A DNA stretch of 63,481 nt, counting the filler, from Choristocarpus tenellus KU-1152 (taxonomy: Eukaryota; Protista; Phaeophyceae): NCBI GenBank assembly GCA_964200185.2. It is 7 parts of 7 records of this genome, joined end to end, with 100 filler letters (N's around TTAATTAATTAA, not from the genome) between each part and the next. Parts side by side here need not be neighbours in the genome. Positions count along the whole stretch, not along the records: positions 1 to 22,012 come from CAXNAD020000309.1; 6 more parts are not named here. The stretch is one strand, 5' to 3'. The notes below the pieces were generated by a model. That model did not search any database and was not told the DNA's origin. It saw nothing but the letters and a program-made list of their open reading frames with translations. Within the stretch, counting starts at the first letter, position 1; every line of letters begins with the position of its first letter. The position numbers were made by a program, and so were the translations under genes. Positions 1-13,700 of the stretch are shown here, piece after piece.

Positions 1-47
1 GACACCCTGGTGGAGATCCCCCCCCCCCCCGCCAGATACTTTGGGTC
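1..47. mobile_element. MITE family B, terminal fragment at window/contig start
   Basis: gacaccctgg...poly-C...cagatactttgggtc is the reverse complement of the left end of the full copy at 6515-6692. Confidence 0.75.
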
Positions 48-438
48 AGCAGTTGTACAGCACAACATCACTTCAGTAGTGCGGACATTTGTACCACAAC
101 ATACACATTGCAGGTTGGGAAAAAAGCTTATCTCTGGGTCCCGTGGTTTCCCGTTGCCTTCCTATCGCCCTTTGCACTTGCAAGAAGCTACTTCTGAAGC
201 TCTTTCGTGCCAGCTCTAATTTGTGCGATAATCCTCATGCCGACACTGGTACTGTTCTACAAAAAAAGTGGCTTGGTTCATCTTGTGTCCACCTAGCAAG
301 TCCAATACTCTGTCTTTCTTTTGATTGACGCCATCTGATGTGTCATTGTGCTTCCCATTGTGCTTCCCATTGTGCTTTGCCATGCTGGACGAAGCATTGT
401 CTCCAACCGTGATGGTGACACTTTTGCCCAAAGCTGAC

Positions 439-672
439 CGCACTGGACAGCTGTAACATGTCGACGACAAAAATGCTGTTTTCCAGTCGAAGGAGAATTA
501 TGGACACAGCAACAAGCTCATCGTTACTGGTATATTCATCACTATTCTCCTCTGAAGTATGACAATCAAAACAAAGCCTCTTCATTTCATCATCCCCATT
601 CGGGACCACAGTATCACAAGTTACGTAGGTAGTGTCCACACTGACATTTATGCCAGGATAAGTGAGGTGGTC
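439..672 (-). CDS. Possible internal exon of an unidentified gene divergent from DNAAF3
   Basis: Open 234-nt phase-0 segment bounded by ccag| and |gtcagc (DHLTYPGINV...LENSIFVVDMLQLSSA); no confident homology and flanking exons not established. Confidence 0.3.
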
Positions 673-697
673 CTGGTGTGATGGTAGGAATGAAGAC

Positions 698-955
698 GAG
701 TTAAAGTATCTTAGAGGGTACGAGTTTTGCCCTGTTTGTCCATTTGAGGCTTGGCTTCCCGTGTTTTTTTTAATATGACATTTTCCTACTTCGAACTGTT
801 TTGGAGTACGTAAAATGTATGTTATGAAAAGGTGTGTCTGGATTAAGGATATTGACAATCCCTAACAAACACGATAGCCAAAATTTAATCAAAATTGCAA
901 CAATGGATTTGGCCCCCAAATGGACTCGTCCCTACCCTCTAAGATACTTTGACTC
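698..955. mobile_element. MITE family A (~255 bp)
   Basis: TIRs gagttaaagtatcttagagggta / taccctctaagatactttgactc; 4-bp TSD agac; similar copies at 46553, 50438, 58203. Confidence 0.9.
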
Positions 956-1595
956 AGACAGCAGTCTTCACTGCACCAGTATAGTAAATGTGTGTGAGGA
1001 GTAGACCGGAAGGGCACTGTTTAGCTGTTTGTGACCACAGCGCAGGTTCTTGGGGTGGCATGTCTGTACACTTTAAGGCATGTCTGTCCAATATGTTTCT
1101 AACAAATGCCTTAAGGCACAAACTCGAGAATGACTTTTGTGCCAAGCCAAAATGGGACGCCTTAATGACTGATATGACTCATCTATCGCCTTTAAAGGGT
1201 GATACATCCGCTATAACACAAAAACGGGGCAAATAGAAACCACAAACTAAATGGGCTTCATTGCTGAGTAACACTAAGTATAACACAAAATATTGCACGA
1301 AGTTCAACGGAGGAACAGAGAGGGAGATCGGTGGATGGATTAGCGCGAGAAGTAATGTATGAACAGAGACAGGACAAAGTCTTAATGTAAAACTTGGTAA
1401 TACTCTATATCATGAGAAGAAGTGATGAAGTGTGTATTTCCTCTAACTAGGGATTGGAGTCGACTAAAAAATGAAATTACAAAAAAAAACTCTTTTTCTC
1501 TCTCCACTGGAGGTGTAAGTTATGTCTATTTTCTCTCAACTCTCTTCTTCGACAAAGGTAGATCTTTCCGCTCGCTGAAACCGCCTGTCCTGCCA

Positions 1596-4500
1596 ATGAG
1601 TTCGCCACCGGATACAGGCTTGGGTCAACACTCCATGTGGGGGTATGCACCAGCAAAGGATCTCTTGGAAAATACGCCTCTGAAGGGTGCGGTGAGCTGA
1701 GGAAGATGTACACCGTGATGGCCCTCTTGTGGGTGACGGGTCACGGCAATGATCATACGACGGCTCTGATATCGTTCGAGAGAAGAGATGCAACTAATCC
1801 TTCGATAGTGCCTACTCAACCAACTAGGTAGTCTTTAGTTGACCGGGGAGAGGGCTGGATACCCTTCTGTTGCCATGACAACAACTGGTTATCCCCAGCG
1901 GTAGGACCTCCACCAATACGAGGAGTGTAAGGAGATACATTTGAATTGTGCCCTGCGTATGCTGTTTGTGCATATAATGACTTTATTAGTGGACAGATAA
2001 CCAATGAGACAACTTGCATTGGTACCTAAGCCTCCTTTCCTTCATCACATCCTGAAGGTGAACATACTGATCTGCCAGCCTGGAGACATTGGACATGTGT
2101 TGAAGACCATCAGCGCACGAAAAAGGCATCCTGAGCATTCTATAAATGTTAGTCTTAAAATGAGAAATCGTCCAATCAAATGAATGTTTACCCTCCCTAC
2201 TTTGCCTCACCTGAGTATGATTATTTTTCTATTGACACCAGATAACCAATTCTCCCAATGCAACTATCCAGTTGTATGTATGGGAGGGACAGGTGGATGT
2301 TCTGGCGCGCCACTTGTTACTCCTCAAGGTGGTCCAAGATTGGGAACTTCCAATTCGTAAACGGGCTAGCGTGTTCCTCGAGATCTTTGGCAACACTCTA
2401 GTGCAGGTTTGAGTAGTACTTGATGTGATTAAAACATTACTCCAAAAATCACTTTATAGTGATGATTGTGGGATGATTGGGGCGGTCTTCAATTGCATTT
2501 GGGTAGATGCAATGTTATCATGTTTCACTGTGCACAACGAAGAAGTCGAAAGTCAAGAAGATATGTACAAATCCTGGCCTACCCTTTGACAATATAAGAG
2601 TCAGAGAAACAGATACTACGCTACATCTTTGTGTCTAGTTGCTAAATTTACATGTGCCAGCTTCACCATATACCCCATTATCCTAATAGGAACGCACAAG
2701 CCACTACATTGCTCGACTGGGCTTGGAGCTTCAGCACCTACTATTCTCTGAGAGGTCCAAGGCAGACTTATTTGACTTGTCATTCCTAAAATATCGGGAG
2801 CGAGACCTTCTTGAACAGGTGTTCAAGTCCTGGGGGCATAGTGTGCCCTGTAAGAGTGAGTGCCATTAAGTTCAATCCTCATTGCATTGCACTTCATCTT
2901 GATTGCACAGCAAAAGGGCCTTAAAGAAAGACAGCACATAAATCAAGCGGCAATGAGGATCACAGAGAGTCAAAGTAAACGAGAAACGCCTAGGTTTTGA
3001 ACGTTGGCAGATTTAGCAAGTTTTTTCAACCTCTGCAATTCACCCATATTTCTATAAAGTGCTCAGATTCACTAGATAGCGTTGATTTTTAATTTTTTGA
3101 AACATTTCACCAGGATTAAGGAAGTTTCCAGTACATGTTGTATTAAAGGCCAAATTTTGCACATATTTGTCAGCACTCCTAAAATGTAACTCTGGGTACC
3201 TCTCTTTACTTTGGCTCAGTTCATAGAACAAATTTAAGATGAAGAATTTACCACTTTTTGATAGTGAGCTTGGTAGTAGCATTGGGGATTATATTTTTTG
3301 TGGAATATTGGGCAGTGATCGAACTGCAATGTTAGAAGGATTCAGGATAGCATAATGTTCGAAACTCATCAAGTATTGAGTCCTTGTAACAAGAGTCCTA
3401 GTCATTATGCTTACCCACACAATAGTCCCAATATTTTTGTGGCAGTGCTTTCGCCCAACACTTTTCAAGGATCAAATATGCCTGTACTTTGCATGACAGT
3501 TCCTTGGCAAGGCATCACCCTATGTCATCATCAAGGAAATTTCCCCCTTCCTCTCTTGCTCTCTCTCTCTCACTCTCTCTCCCTGTAATCAAGAGGAATA
3601 ATTGTTCCAGATGCGAGCCCTCGCCCACCCTTGAGTTTTATTTTTTACTCTTACCACACTTAACCCTGTATTGTGTATGTGCATGTTAGTTTTGGAATTG
3701 AGGGACCAACGGTTGCGCCATTTTTTTGGCTCCAGGTTCGACCACAGGAGAAACCTTGTCGACTGGGATTATGTCAACAGGCTAAAGGAGGTGGCTAGCA
3801 TTGTGCATCACAAGCAGTACAGGTGATAAGAAAACATGATTCTGACGAGGGTCAGATAGTTTTTCAATCTGCTACATCTCGAGTTCTTCCCTGAAATGAA
3901 AAAGTTCAGATGATTCTCTGATAGAATTTATTCATTGTTTTAGCTTGTCACTTGTAATATGATTGTTTACTGTTTCCCATAGAATATTTTTTCCTGTGCA
4001 CCAACTGCTTGGATTAGTTTGATTTTTATATTTTCTGGTGTGCATTTAATCTATGCCCGTTTGCTTTCTGGAACACTCTGCAAGTACCAACTGTAGTGCA
4101 AGCTCAAGCCCTCAAGTCAATTGATTTCAACCAATGGGAAGACAGTTCTGACCCTCATATTTGCAACATTCAAATTCATCCTCTCAGGGCGGTTGATACT
4201 TGCAGATGTGTGGTCCTAAACTCCATGCATAGTTGATTAAACTATTTCTGGGAAGCTTAGGTCCATGGCAATGTGTCATGATGGTGACTCCATGGTAACT
4301 ATGCAGTATGTTGTAGGCTCTGGGGAAGTTGACATACATAAACAAACACCAACATACACCAACATACACCAACATATACATTTACATATACATATACACC
4401 AACTTGTCCCATGAACCACATAGCAGGGTGTTGCACTCTTCACATTGTAGATTTTGTATCTTTACTACATGAAAACTGGCAACATGTAGGGGTCGGGGTA

Positions 4501-7500
4501 CCTAACACTGGGTGCATTCAAATCAATGTGCTTCACATCATGGTAATTATTGCTGCTGGTCATTCATATTACCATGAGTTTTGTTGCATGTACCCAGATT
4601 ATTATCTATACATACACAAGGGAAGCACGGAGACATGACCCTACCATTAAAATATCTTGGGTGGGTGAAAGTACTTGCCCAAGAAGTAGATACTCGCTTG
4701 TTTGGGATGGGGACATTTTGTGTTTGATCATAAGGTGATATTTACAATTATTATAGAATTGTGTGGTTTCTTTACCTGAACAAATTTTTGAGCACTGATC
4801 ACAGGCCATTCTGGTCAAGCTCAGTGATACTCCACCTCCCCTCCTTTCCCCTCATAAAATTCTTCTGAAGGGGCTGGAGGTTGGAGGGCATTGCGTATGA
4901 ATTTGGAGACCAGGTCTATGACCACCCTAACCGATCCATGGTCAGCTTTGCTGAAGCTTTCTTGAAGAGTGGGAAGCATCGTGGCACCAAGAAGGAGATC
5001 AGGTGCCTTGGAACATTGAACTAGAGAATTATAGGTCTCTCTTTGGGTACGTTGAGTTAGGCTATTCCCCTTGAGACTTGGCTAGGAGGTTTTGAAGTGG
5101 AAGCAACTAGGGTGTGAGCAAAAGTATCGTCACTGCATGTGACAGCTGTACTCACAAAGTTGACACACTAAAAACACTATTACTATTCTTGGTATTGCAG
5201 AGGCTTATGGCTGGACATCCGTGTGGGACCATTCATAACCTTTGGGGTTAACTGTGACCGTCCCAACAAGCACGCAGAAGGCCTATTTCAAATCTTAAAC
5301 AAGGGGACAGGCAAGTCATGGACTCTGAAGGACCTCGACAAATCCGTAGAACACAATCAAGTGTGCGTACTCTCTTGGAGAAAAATCGTTTCCAAAAACT
5401 AGGAACATGCCATTCTCAGTAGAGACAGTACTGAATGTGTTAGTAGTGTGTACAGCACTCACTATGTAAAGCAAGGGCAACTACTGTTTCCAAAAAATAC
5501 CACATACTAGTAGTTACATCTATGCATGTATATATGTGTTTCTTAGAATAGCCTTGAGTTAGTTTCTTCTATGTTTGAAAGCATTCCATATGTGGGCTGC
5601 TCTCTTGTTTTCTTTCACACTGTACCTTATCTATTTGCTCGATCCTCTACTCGGTTTGATGTTGTTATTAGGTTACATCAGACTTTGTAAAGATAGGTGA
5701 ACTGAACTTTCTTTGGAGTATTTGTTCTACCTGCCATCCCCTGTTTTACTAAAACCACTTATTTCAAAGCCCTGCTTATTACTGCCACTCTTCCATCTTC
5801 CTACCCCAACCACTTCATACTTGTCATCGATTGTACTTGTAATTGATGTCTTCTACGGTGAAAAGATACTGTGTGATAACTGTGGATGGCATAGCTAGAA
5901 TCAACAGTGTTATAGATGGGCCAGTCTTGCAGCACTACCATCATGTACTTTGTGTGTTAAGAGGAAGAGGAAGGGGTGCTGCTCAAAACAACTTGCTCCT
6001 AAACCCTGGTGTTCTCATTCATCATTCATCATGTACAGGTACAGAGCAGCATAGGCACAATACCGCCGAAGTTGCTACATACTCCCTCCTCAGCTGTCTA
6101 TGGGAGATTGAAGAAGATGGACAGTATCTTATGACAAAGGTGAGGCACTGGTAAGTATTCACTCTATATTCTGCCAATGGACTAATTTTAAATGTTTCAA
6201 AGACATATTACTTTAGCTTGTCCGTGCCCTGTACCATTCGTAGAAGGTCTTGGGCGCAGTGCCAAAAGTAGCTATTAAAAAAGACATTTGTGAAGTAAGT
6301 GAAGCAAACATTTTGTTTTGTGGTAAGGAGGACTCAGAGGACTTGGGAGGGAATGGAACCATTTTTAATATGGTCAAGTTGTCAATAGCACAACTGATTA
6401 AATCGTAAAACCATAATCACCACCTAAGCAACATGGTAAGAAAGTATGATACTCACAAAAAATCAATCAATCCTCCAACCACCAGAGCTCCAGCCAGTGG
6501 TGTTAATCCCAAGTGACCCAGAGTGTCTGGGGGGGGAGGGGTCTACACCAGGGTGTCCATTTGGGCCATAACCAGGAAAAGTGCACTTACATTTGTCCAT
6601 CAGATGCATCGAACCAAATCACTCAAAAATCGCGACATAAAATAAATGGTCCCAAATGGACGGTCACCCCCCCCCCCTAGATACTTTGAGCCAGTACTCT
6701 AGAGTACACAGTAGCAACTGCAAGTGTCTTTTGTGTCCAAAGGTGTGCATGTTAGCCATTAGGATCATCAGCAGGACTAGAAAACAAAAATGACCATGAA
6801 GGAGTTTTGGGAGGCTTTTTCTCATCTCAACAGCAAGAACTGTTTTGTCATATTTGGTATTACAATAGTTGGTAGTTTTGCTTCTCTTCCTATACATTGG
6901 AATGAATCGATGTTGTACTACTTGGGTCCTTGACAAGAAGACACCAATTGCCCAACTAGTAGTACAGTACAAACTAAGACCATAAACTGTTTCATGTTGT
7001 ACCATTAGACAACTTTAATTATTGGTTCCACCAGTCTGGAAGAAGGGGCATTGGAGTGACAACATAGATGTAGATGCATATATACATAGGCAAAGTACCT
7101 CTTGGAGGTAAAGGCAAGCAAAACTGCAAAACTTGAGGTTCCCAGTAAGTTTATTTTGTGATGACAGTGTGCACAACTTGTGTTTGCTTCATTTCTGATC
7201 AAAATGTCAATAACAATAATAATAATAATAAACATAACAACAGGAGCATGACATATACAGTGGCCTTGGTGAGGATTCAGGGGACTCTGGTAAAGTGCTT
7301 CACGATTCAAGAGCACAAAGCAACACTCCCGTGGAGAATCTTGATACATGTCAAGAAAATGAGGCTCAGGATGGTCCTTCGATCTTCTCAAGTGATGTCA
7401 ACAGCTTTGATTCCATACTGGGCTGTGGAAAACAGAGAGAGGTGACAAACAGTTCAAGTGACCTCAATTCTGATCAAAGGTAAATAAAGGTATATATGCA

Positions 7501-10246
7501 TCTTGTGCTCCTACCTGCACTGAGTGTGATGACTTCTAAGATATTTAGCATGGCCTTGGTTTCTAAAATATATTGTGGCATTGTCACTGTCAATTGCCAA
7601 CTTGCAGAATTATCATGTAGTATATGTTGAAAAACACCTTGAATATGATGGGTAGTGGAAGGTAGCACTGCAAGGAGCTGGTACTACCAGCAGGAACACC
7701 CATTAACAAATCTGTTTGTTTCTATGTTGTTGTGCTTGGAATTGGGACTATTACAGAGTACTTACTCCATGATCACCACTGTTGCCATGGTGATCAGCAG
7801 CCAACTTTCCCTCACAGCACCCACCACCCTGGCGTCTTGTGAAGGTCGCCAGATGCACAACTTCGAGTTGACCAAGCACTTGCACGGGCTAAGCACATCT
7901 CTGAGACACTTGATGGGATCAAGGTGAAATGATTGGTTGAGATTCACATCTTGTTTAACCAACATCGACTCAAAAACTATGGAACATGCACATACATACA
8001 GAGAGAGACCTACTGTCCTATTGAAATATTGAGTGTTTTCTGAAAGTCGTATTAATCCACTCTGGCCAAACTCTGAACCACACTCCAAGGTGATACTCCT
8101 ATGTGGAGATCTGGAAAAGCACCTGTCAAAGCCAGATTTCCAACAGCATTTCAACCGGGTTCACCTGTCTTCAGCAGCAGTTCATTTTGCAGGAGACGCT
8201 GTCCTCAACAATGCCCTTGCAGATGATGCAGTGATCACACTGGACACTGCTAGGTATACATACTATTGTACTACGGAAGATCATTATGCCACCAAGGAAC
8301 TTGTTTGTGCACTAGACCCACTTTTCTGTCCAGATTAATGCTTTCGCAAGTTCAAGGAAACCCTTCCCAAATCAGGGCAACAGATAGCAATAGGAAAATT
8401 CCCTTCCACTTGTTTGGAAAAAATTGTGTTGCGGTTGGAGCGTATCATACAAATATGAAACTTATATATATGAAACTTATCCATGCATGACCTACCAGCA
8501 CTCTCAATAACCCCGTAAGGGATGAATGACTCCTGGATGCAATTTCACATTGCTGTTCAAGTGCATATCTCCAGACCTAAAAGCAGGAGAGGAGTTGGAC
8601 CTAGGATAGTTGATTCTCTCAGTGCTACAACTGAACTGCAAACATCTCCTCCCCCCAGACAACCTTTTGCTTCATAGTCATGATACTCCAATTTCACATT
8701 TTATTAGGATCAGTCACCAATCAAGGCTGTTTTGCCAAGAATTATAATTAGTGTTAATTTGCAGTGTATGTATAGTATTTTCCTTTGGTAAGTGGTTACA
8801 TCCGGTTTGCATGTACAAGGCTTGCCTCCCCACCACATGGATTTTTGGTGCTTTGTTGATTGATTGAGTCTGAGATATGTAAGGTAGACCTATCTATACT
8901 AGGCACTTCAGAGTACATATACTTCAATTTGTTTCCTCTTGGGTGAAAGCAATGTACTCAAGTACACGGGATTGGTTCATAGTGATACTTTCTTCACCAT
9001 CCCCCCGGCAACTCCTTGCTAGAAGTATACACACACAACATTATGTCACTTGCATATGATACAGTGAGCCATAGCTTCCGACTTCATTCACTGGGGAAGA
9101 CCCTTGCAACCCTCAAATGAATTGTCTCCCTTTTCATCTCCTCATGCATGATAAGAATTGTGATTTCCAATCAACTGGATGCACAACTGTCTACCAGGAA
9201 CAAATGATTTAAAGTGAACCACTCTAGCTGTGTGTCATCCAACTTTTAATCAATATGTGTGCAAAGCATGACCTGCCTACTTGTTCTTGTTTAAAGCAGC
9301 AAGTTTACCATCAAATTGAAGCAGACTTTCTTAGTGATCAAAGGCTCTCATCTAAACCTACCCTCTCTTGCTGCAGGTACATTGTGCCTTTCAACAAAGA
9401 GCAACAACAGGAATTCATCCGCCGCTGTTGTGAAATGGCTCATACTCAAGAATGGACACCTCTCTTTGGTTAGTGATTTCCACGTAACACAATAGTAACT
9501 GCAAATGTTGAGTACTCAAGATTATGTACTACATTACACATTCAGTCTGCATGTGTACATTGCAACTTCAGTGTCACATAGATGTATCTGGTCCATGACT
9601 ATATAAAATAATGGAGTGCATGATGGGGAAGTTGGAAATGTCCAGACCATTCGTAGCATTTTCCCTGTCAAACCTGTAACCCACCTAGGGGTACATCTCC
9701 AGCTAAGTACTACAATAGTGTTTGCTCAAAAGAACAATAGTGCTTGTGTATAGAGCAAGTGTTGTTTTTTTTCAGAGCAGTCGAGGAAGTTCACACACAC
9801 AATATAGTACAATATAATATACTTTTTTGCAAGCAGAACATAAAACATAACCGGTAATTGGATTGGTTCTGAGTGACTCGTGAATGTAAATAAAAATGTT
9901 TTATTTTTTAATATGTGGAAAAAGAATCAATTTCTCGTAGTAGTTGGCAGAGCAAGACCCTCCTGCTGAGTTTGACTTTCATGGCTACACACTCAGGCAA
10001 ACTAACAAGTTGAAAGAATGGATTGACAAGGTTTGAGGGTACTTGGGTAGGGGTACTGGTAAAGAAAAATAGTATCATTTGGTGTTGGGCATTCCCCATC
10101 TCAAGTCTGTCTCCCTAAACAGTTTCTTTTGCACTCATGCATAACATGTGATTACCTCAGATGTCGAATACCAGAGTGATGGCACCCCTCTTACAGTTGG
10201 TGGAGCTGGCCCCATGATGGACAACCTGGCCTTCAGCTACCACTAA
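1596..10246 (+). CDS. DNAAF3: Dynein axonemal assembly factor 3 (PF22; DUF4470+DUF4471), 13 exons, ~539 aa
   Basis: Exons 1596-1691, 2058-2147, 2272-2406, 2690-2855, 3690-3822, 4871-5002, 5201-5310, 6039-6139, 7244-7479, 7845-7923, 8090-8253, 9377-9468, 10161-10246 join in frame (1620 nt). Family motifs: GLGQHSMWGYAPAKDLL, VLARHLLLL..FLEIFGNTL, LKYRERD, RDQRLRHFFGSRFDHRRNLVDWDY, WRLEGIAYE..PNRSM, GLWLDIRVGPFITFG. A small extra exon between exons 1 and 2 is not excluded. Confidence 0.92.
2967..3217. mobile_element. MITE family C in a DNAAF3 intron
   Basis: Termini gagtcaaagtaaacgag / ctctctttactttggctc; shares internal and terminal sequence (ctaaaatgtaa.tctgggtacctct) with 39049-39315. Confidence 0.7.
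6515..6692. mobile_element. MITE family B (~180 bp), complete copy in a DNAAF3 intron
   Basis: TIRs gacccagagtgtct+G-run / C-run+agatactttgagcc; 3-bp TSD agt. Confidence 0.85.
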
Positions 10247-10757
10247 CCACATTGGATTGTAGGGTATTCATAAAAATCACATGCAAGGAAGCCTGGATGG
10301 CATGGGCATAGATGACCTTGCTATACTTTGCCAAAAGGTCATCCACTGTGACCTCAGACAACTCTTGCCTGCAGGTGGCCTTGCTGGATTTCAAGGATAT
10401 GAGAGGCAAACTATAATGATACCATACACTATTAATAATAACTTCTCCATGAGCATGTAGTGACTGTGATATATCCCGTTCTAATAATGGAAGCTGAATC
10501 ACTCAAGTTCAAATTCACTCAACACTATTATTAAGCAAAACTCTCTTCCTCAAAAAATGAAGTACAGATGAGCAAGCCTCATACAATGATCTGGTCCCTC
10601 TATTCTTGGTTGTTTATACAGCTCTAGTTGGGTGATTCTTCACTGTTAAAAGCACTACTGTGAGTGCATATACAGTTCTGTTCACAGAAAGGCCGAAAAA
10701 AAGCATGTGACAACGCTTATGTGGCGGGTCAGCAGTGGCCAATCACAATGCACCATT

Positions 10758-13700
10758 TCATCCCTCCTCCTCAGCATCATCCATCTCTGTAAGAGACAAG
10801 CCCCTAACCAGCTGCAGGCTATTCTCTACACGCCGGCTGACTTCATCCTCATCCCCTCCCTCTGCCTTCACCAATGCAGTTATCTCCCTCTTCAGCCACC
10901 TCATGAATCTCATTTCGCTGTAGCTGGATACATGCCAGTGATGATCTGAAAACTTGGGATTCATCCCGTTGTTGCGCATGACTTGCAGTCGTGGTATGAA
11001 CCTTTTTGACATGCTGTAGGCAAGGATATTTGGCGATGCAGACACTGCAGAAAGAACCTCCTCTTGTGTTGCACCAAGTTCATCCTTAAAAAACTTCACC
11101 TTGGGCATCAAGTTTCCCTCTATGCTGAGATTTAATAGGTTGGGAAACTTGGTTATCATCTTGGCCACATCCTCAATGCTTGCACCAAGTTCCTGGTGAG
11201 GAAATGGGACCAAGGTACCAGCGCATTTCTTAAGGAACAGAAAATGAAAGGTATGGTACAGTGACTGACTAGCACAATAAACTTACAAATCACATCTCTC
11301 CAGCGCACCACTATATCTGGTATGTGATGGGTGACGAGGCAGGTTTGCAACTGTTGAGAGTAACTGTCAAGAAGTGCCCAGGAAACCACCACTTATGGAA
11401 GAAAAGAGGTCAGGCCCTAGCATTTCATAAATGATACTCATTCAACGTGGATAAGATAATCCTCTTCATGAGGAAACAGTACACAGTCTCATTTACTTGT
11501 ACTTGGGCCAAACCATTAATCGTATATATAGTATTGAACTACAGTAGACTCGAATTGTTTGCCTGAACATAACTCAACTACACAGTGCACTGCAAAACAT
11601 TCCAGGCGAGGGGCTCAGCAACAGAGAATAACATAGAAGTCAACACTGTATTCTCAGGTATAAAATAGTTGTGTGGAATGGTGACATACATACCTCCACA
11701 AGGTAGGCCACCTTGGCCTTGATGTTGTTCTTCAGACTGTACATGAGGACCTGTGGTGCCCTGGTCACCATGCTTCTGATCTACATGGTAAACAACATAA
11801 AAGCGGCATCCATTTGCATATTAAGAAGAGTACTTTGTGATTAGTGCGACCCTATGCATCACCATCAAGTGATAGGATCAACATCCATCTTTCTCGAGTG
11901 CAAACACCATGAAAAAAAACTTGATGGATGGAGATATTTTCAGATTCTACTTGACCTAACGCACGCTACTCTACTGTATTGCACTTGCTCTCCAGCACAC
12001 TCTTGTGATCAGATTATTGCTAAATCACAAAACATGGAAGCGCAGCAGGGGTCTTCTTGTTTCTACCATGCAGTATGTTTGACACACTACAGTTTGTGTG
12101 GAAGAGGACTGGCCACCCTAAAGTCCCACTTCTCTTACCTCATCGATGTTGAGTCCCAGGTCCTCTCTGAAGTATGTCACCCTCTGTCTTAGACCTGTGA
12201 CACTGTAGCTCAGTAGGTGGGGAGTCTTGATAAGGATCTTTGCTAATGCCTTTCCTGTGACACCTAGCTCTTCCGAGAGGAACTTGACCTATCATCAAGA
12301 GTATGGTATGGATACACAACAATAAAGAGCAAGGTACACACACAGAGTGGATTAAGGTGTGATGAGTTTCCTGAGCGTCCAAGGTACAAAAACGTGTTGC
12401 CACAACATCACACTACAGAAGGAAAAAGAGGAAGCCGCAATAGCAGTACAGGACACCATGAGTGGGTAGAGCTAGAACCAAAGAGATTCAACAGCACACA
12501 GTACTTGTAAAGCATGTACTGTACCAATACTACCAAAATCACAGCAGGTCTGCACTCTAGTGTAGTGCTGTCATGAGTATCCAGTGTAACCCATGCACCA
12601 TACAGCACGATCTTAGGTAAACTTTTCACACAAGTCAGAATTACAGCTGTGTGGATGGATCCTTGCAACCAAACTGAGCACTCCCCTCTGAAAACAAAGT
12701 TGAAACACAAATAAATTGTGCCACATGCCTTTGACAACTCAATGTGGACTGCATGTGTTGGTCCTAGACCATACCTGGTACTTGGCTCAGACTTGGACTC
12801 AGACTGCCAACGCAACAAAACAGGGTTCCAAGGTGAAACATGAAACAGAGTTCTTTGAAGGATACTCCAACCCATTGTATCTAAATTGTGTTGATACATG
12901 AAGCAAGAAAATTGCCATAATCACCTTGGGCTCAATGTTGTCACTTATGCTATATCGTAGAACACCCGGGTGCTTAACCACCATCTTCCGCAGGTCCTGT
13001 GAAGGAACAAGATCACATGGTTCACACCGTACCATATCATCGAAAAAGGAAACACCTATGTGTACTACTTGCATGATATGTGAGAGTGGAACACCATGGT
13101 CTTATTATTGCGTAGAACACTTAACTTCATAATGTGTGCATTAGAGCTCAGCCTCTACAAATGGATTTGAAATAACAGGAGAGTTAGTGTGTGGTAAACA
13201 ATCCCACTCTGAGTCCAACATAATGCTGTTTTGAAACCTCTCCTGACTCACACAGACTGTTGTGAACACACCACTGTTACTGCCTATAATCTCAATCATC
13301 AATGCACAAGCGAACATAAGGTGAGTACCAGCATACTAGACAGACACTCTTGACTAAAAATGAGAGGCCTTGACTATGCAGGGAGTGACACTCCCAGAAT
13401 ATTGCCGGCATGAGCTGGCTTTGTTGGACAAGATGGTACAAACGTTGTAGAGTAGTTACGGATGACATGTGACGGGACGTGTGCCCAGTGTTGGACAAAT
13501 GATCAAATTACTCGAAATCACAAAGAATTGCATGTGCATTATATTTTCACCCAAGCCACACCCTGGATAAAAACATTTTGGATGTCACTTGACTGTGGCA
13601 TCATCACATCCTTAAACGTACTTTTGCAAGTACTTTTGCAAGTGCTCCTCAATCAACGGCATTCAGTGGACACCCCACATGTAGTACACGACCAAACTCC

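Noticed and set aside
343-858. 171-aa ORF, and a faint resemblance of its central part to a DEDD 3'-5' exonuclease
   Set aside because: The N-terminal part reads through a MITE and the C-terminus is a 12-bp tandem repeat; catalytic residues are not conserved
7244-7479. Acidic/Ser-rich DNAAF3 exon as a novel domain
   Set aside because: Low-complexity linker in a region expected to be variable; no evidence of a folded domain
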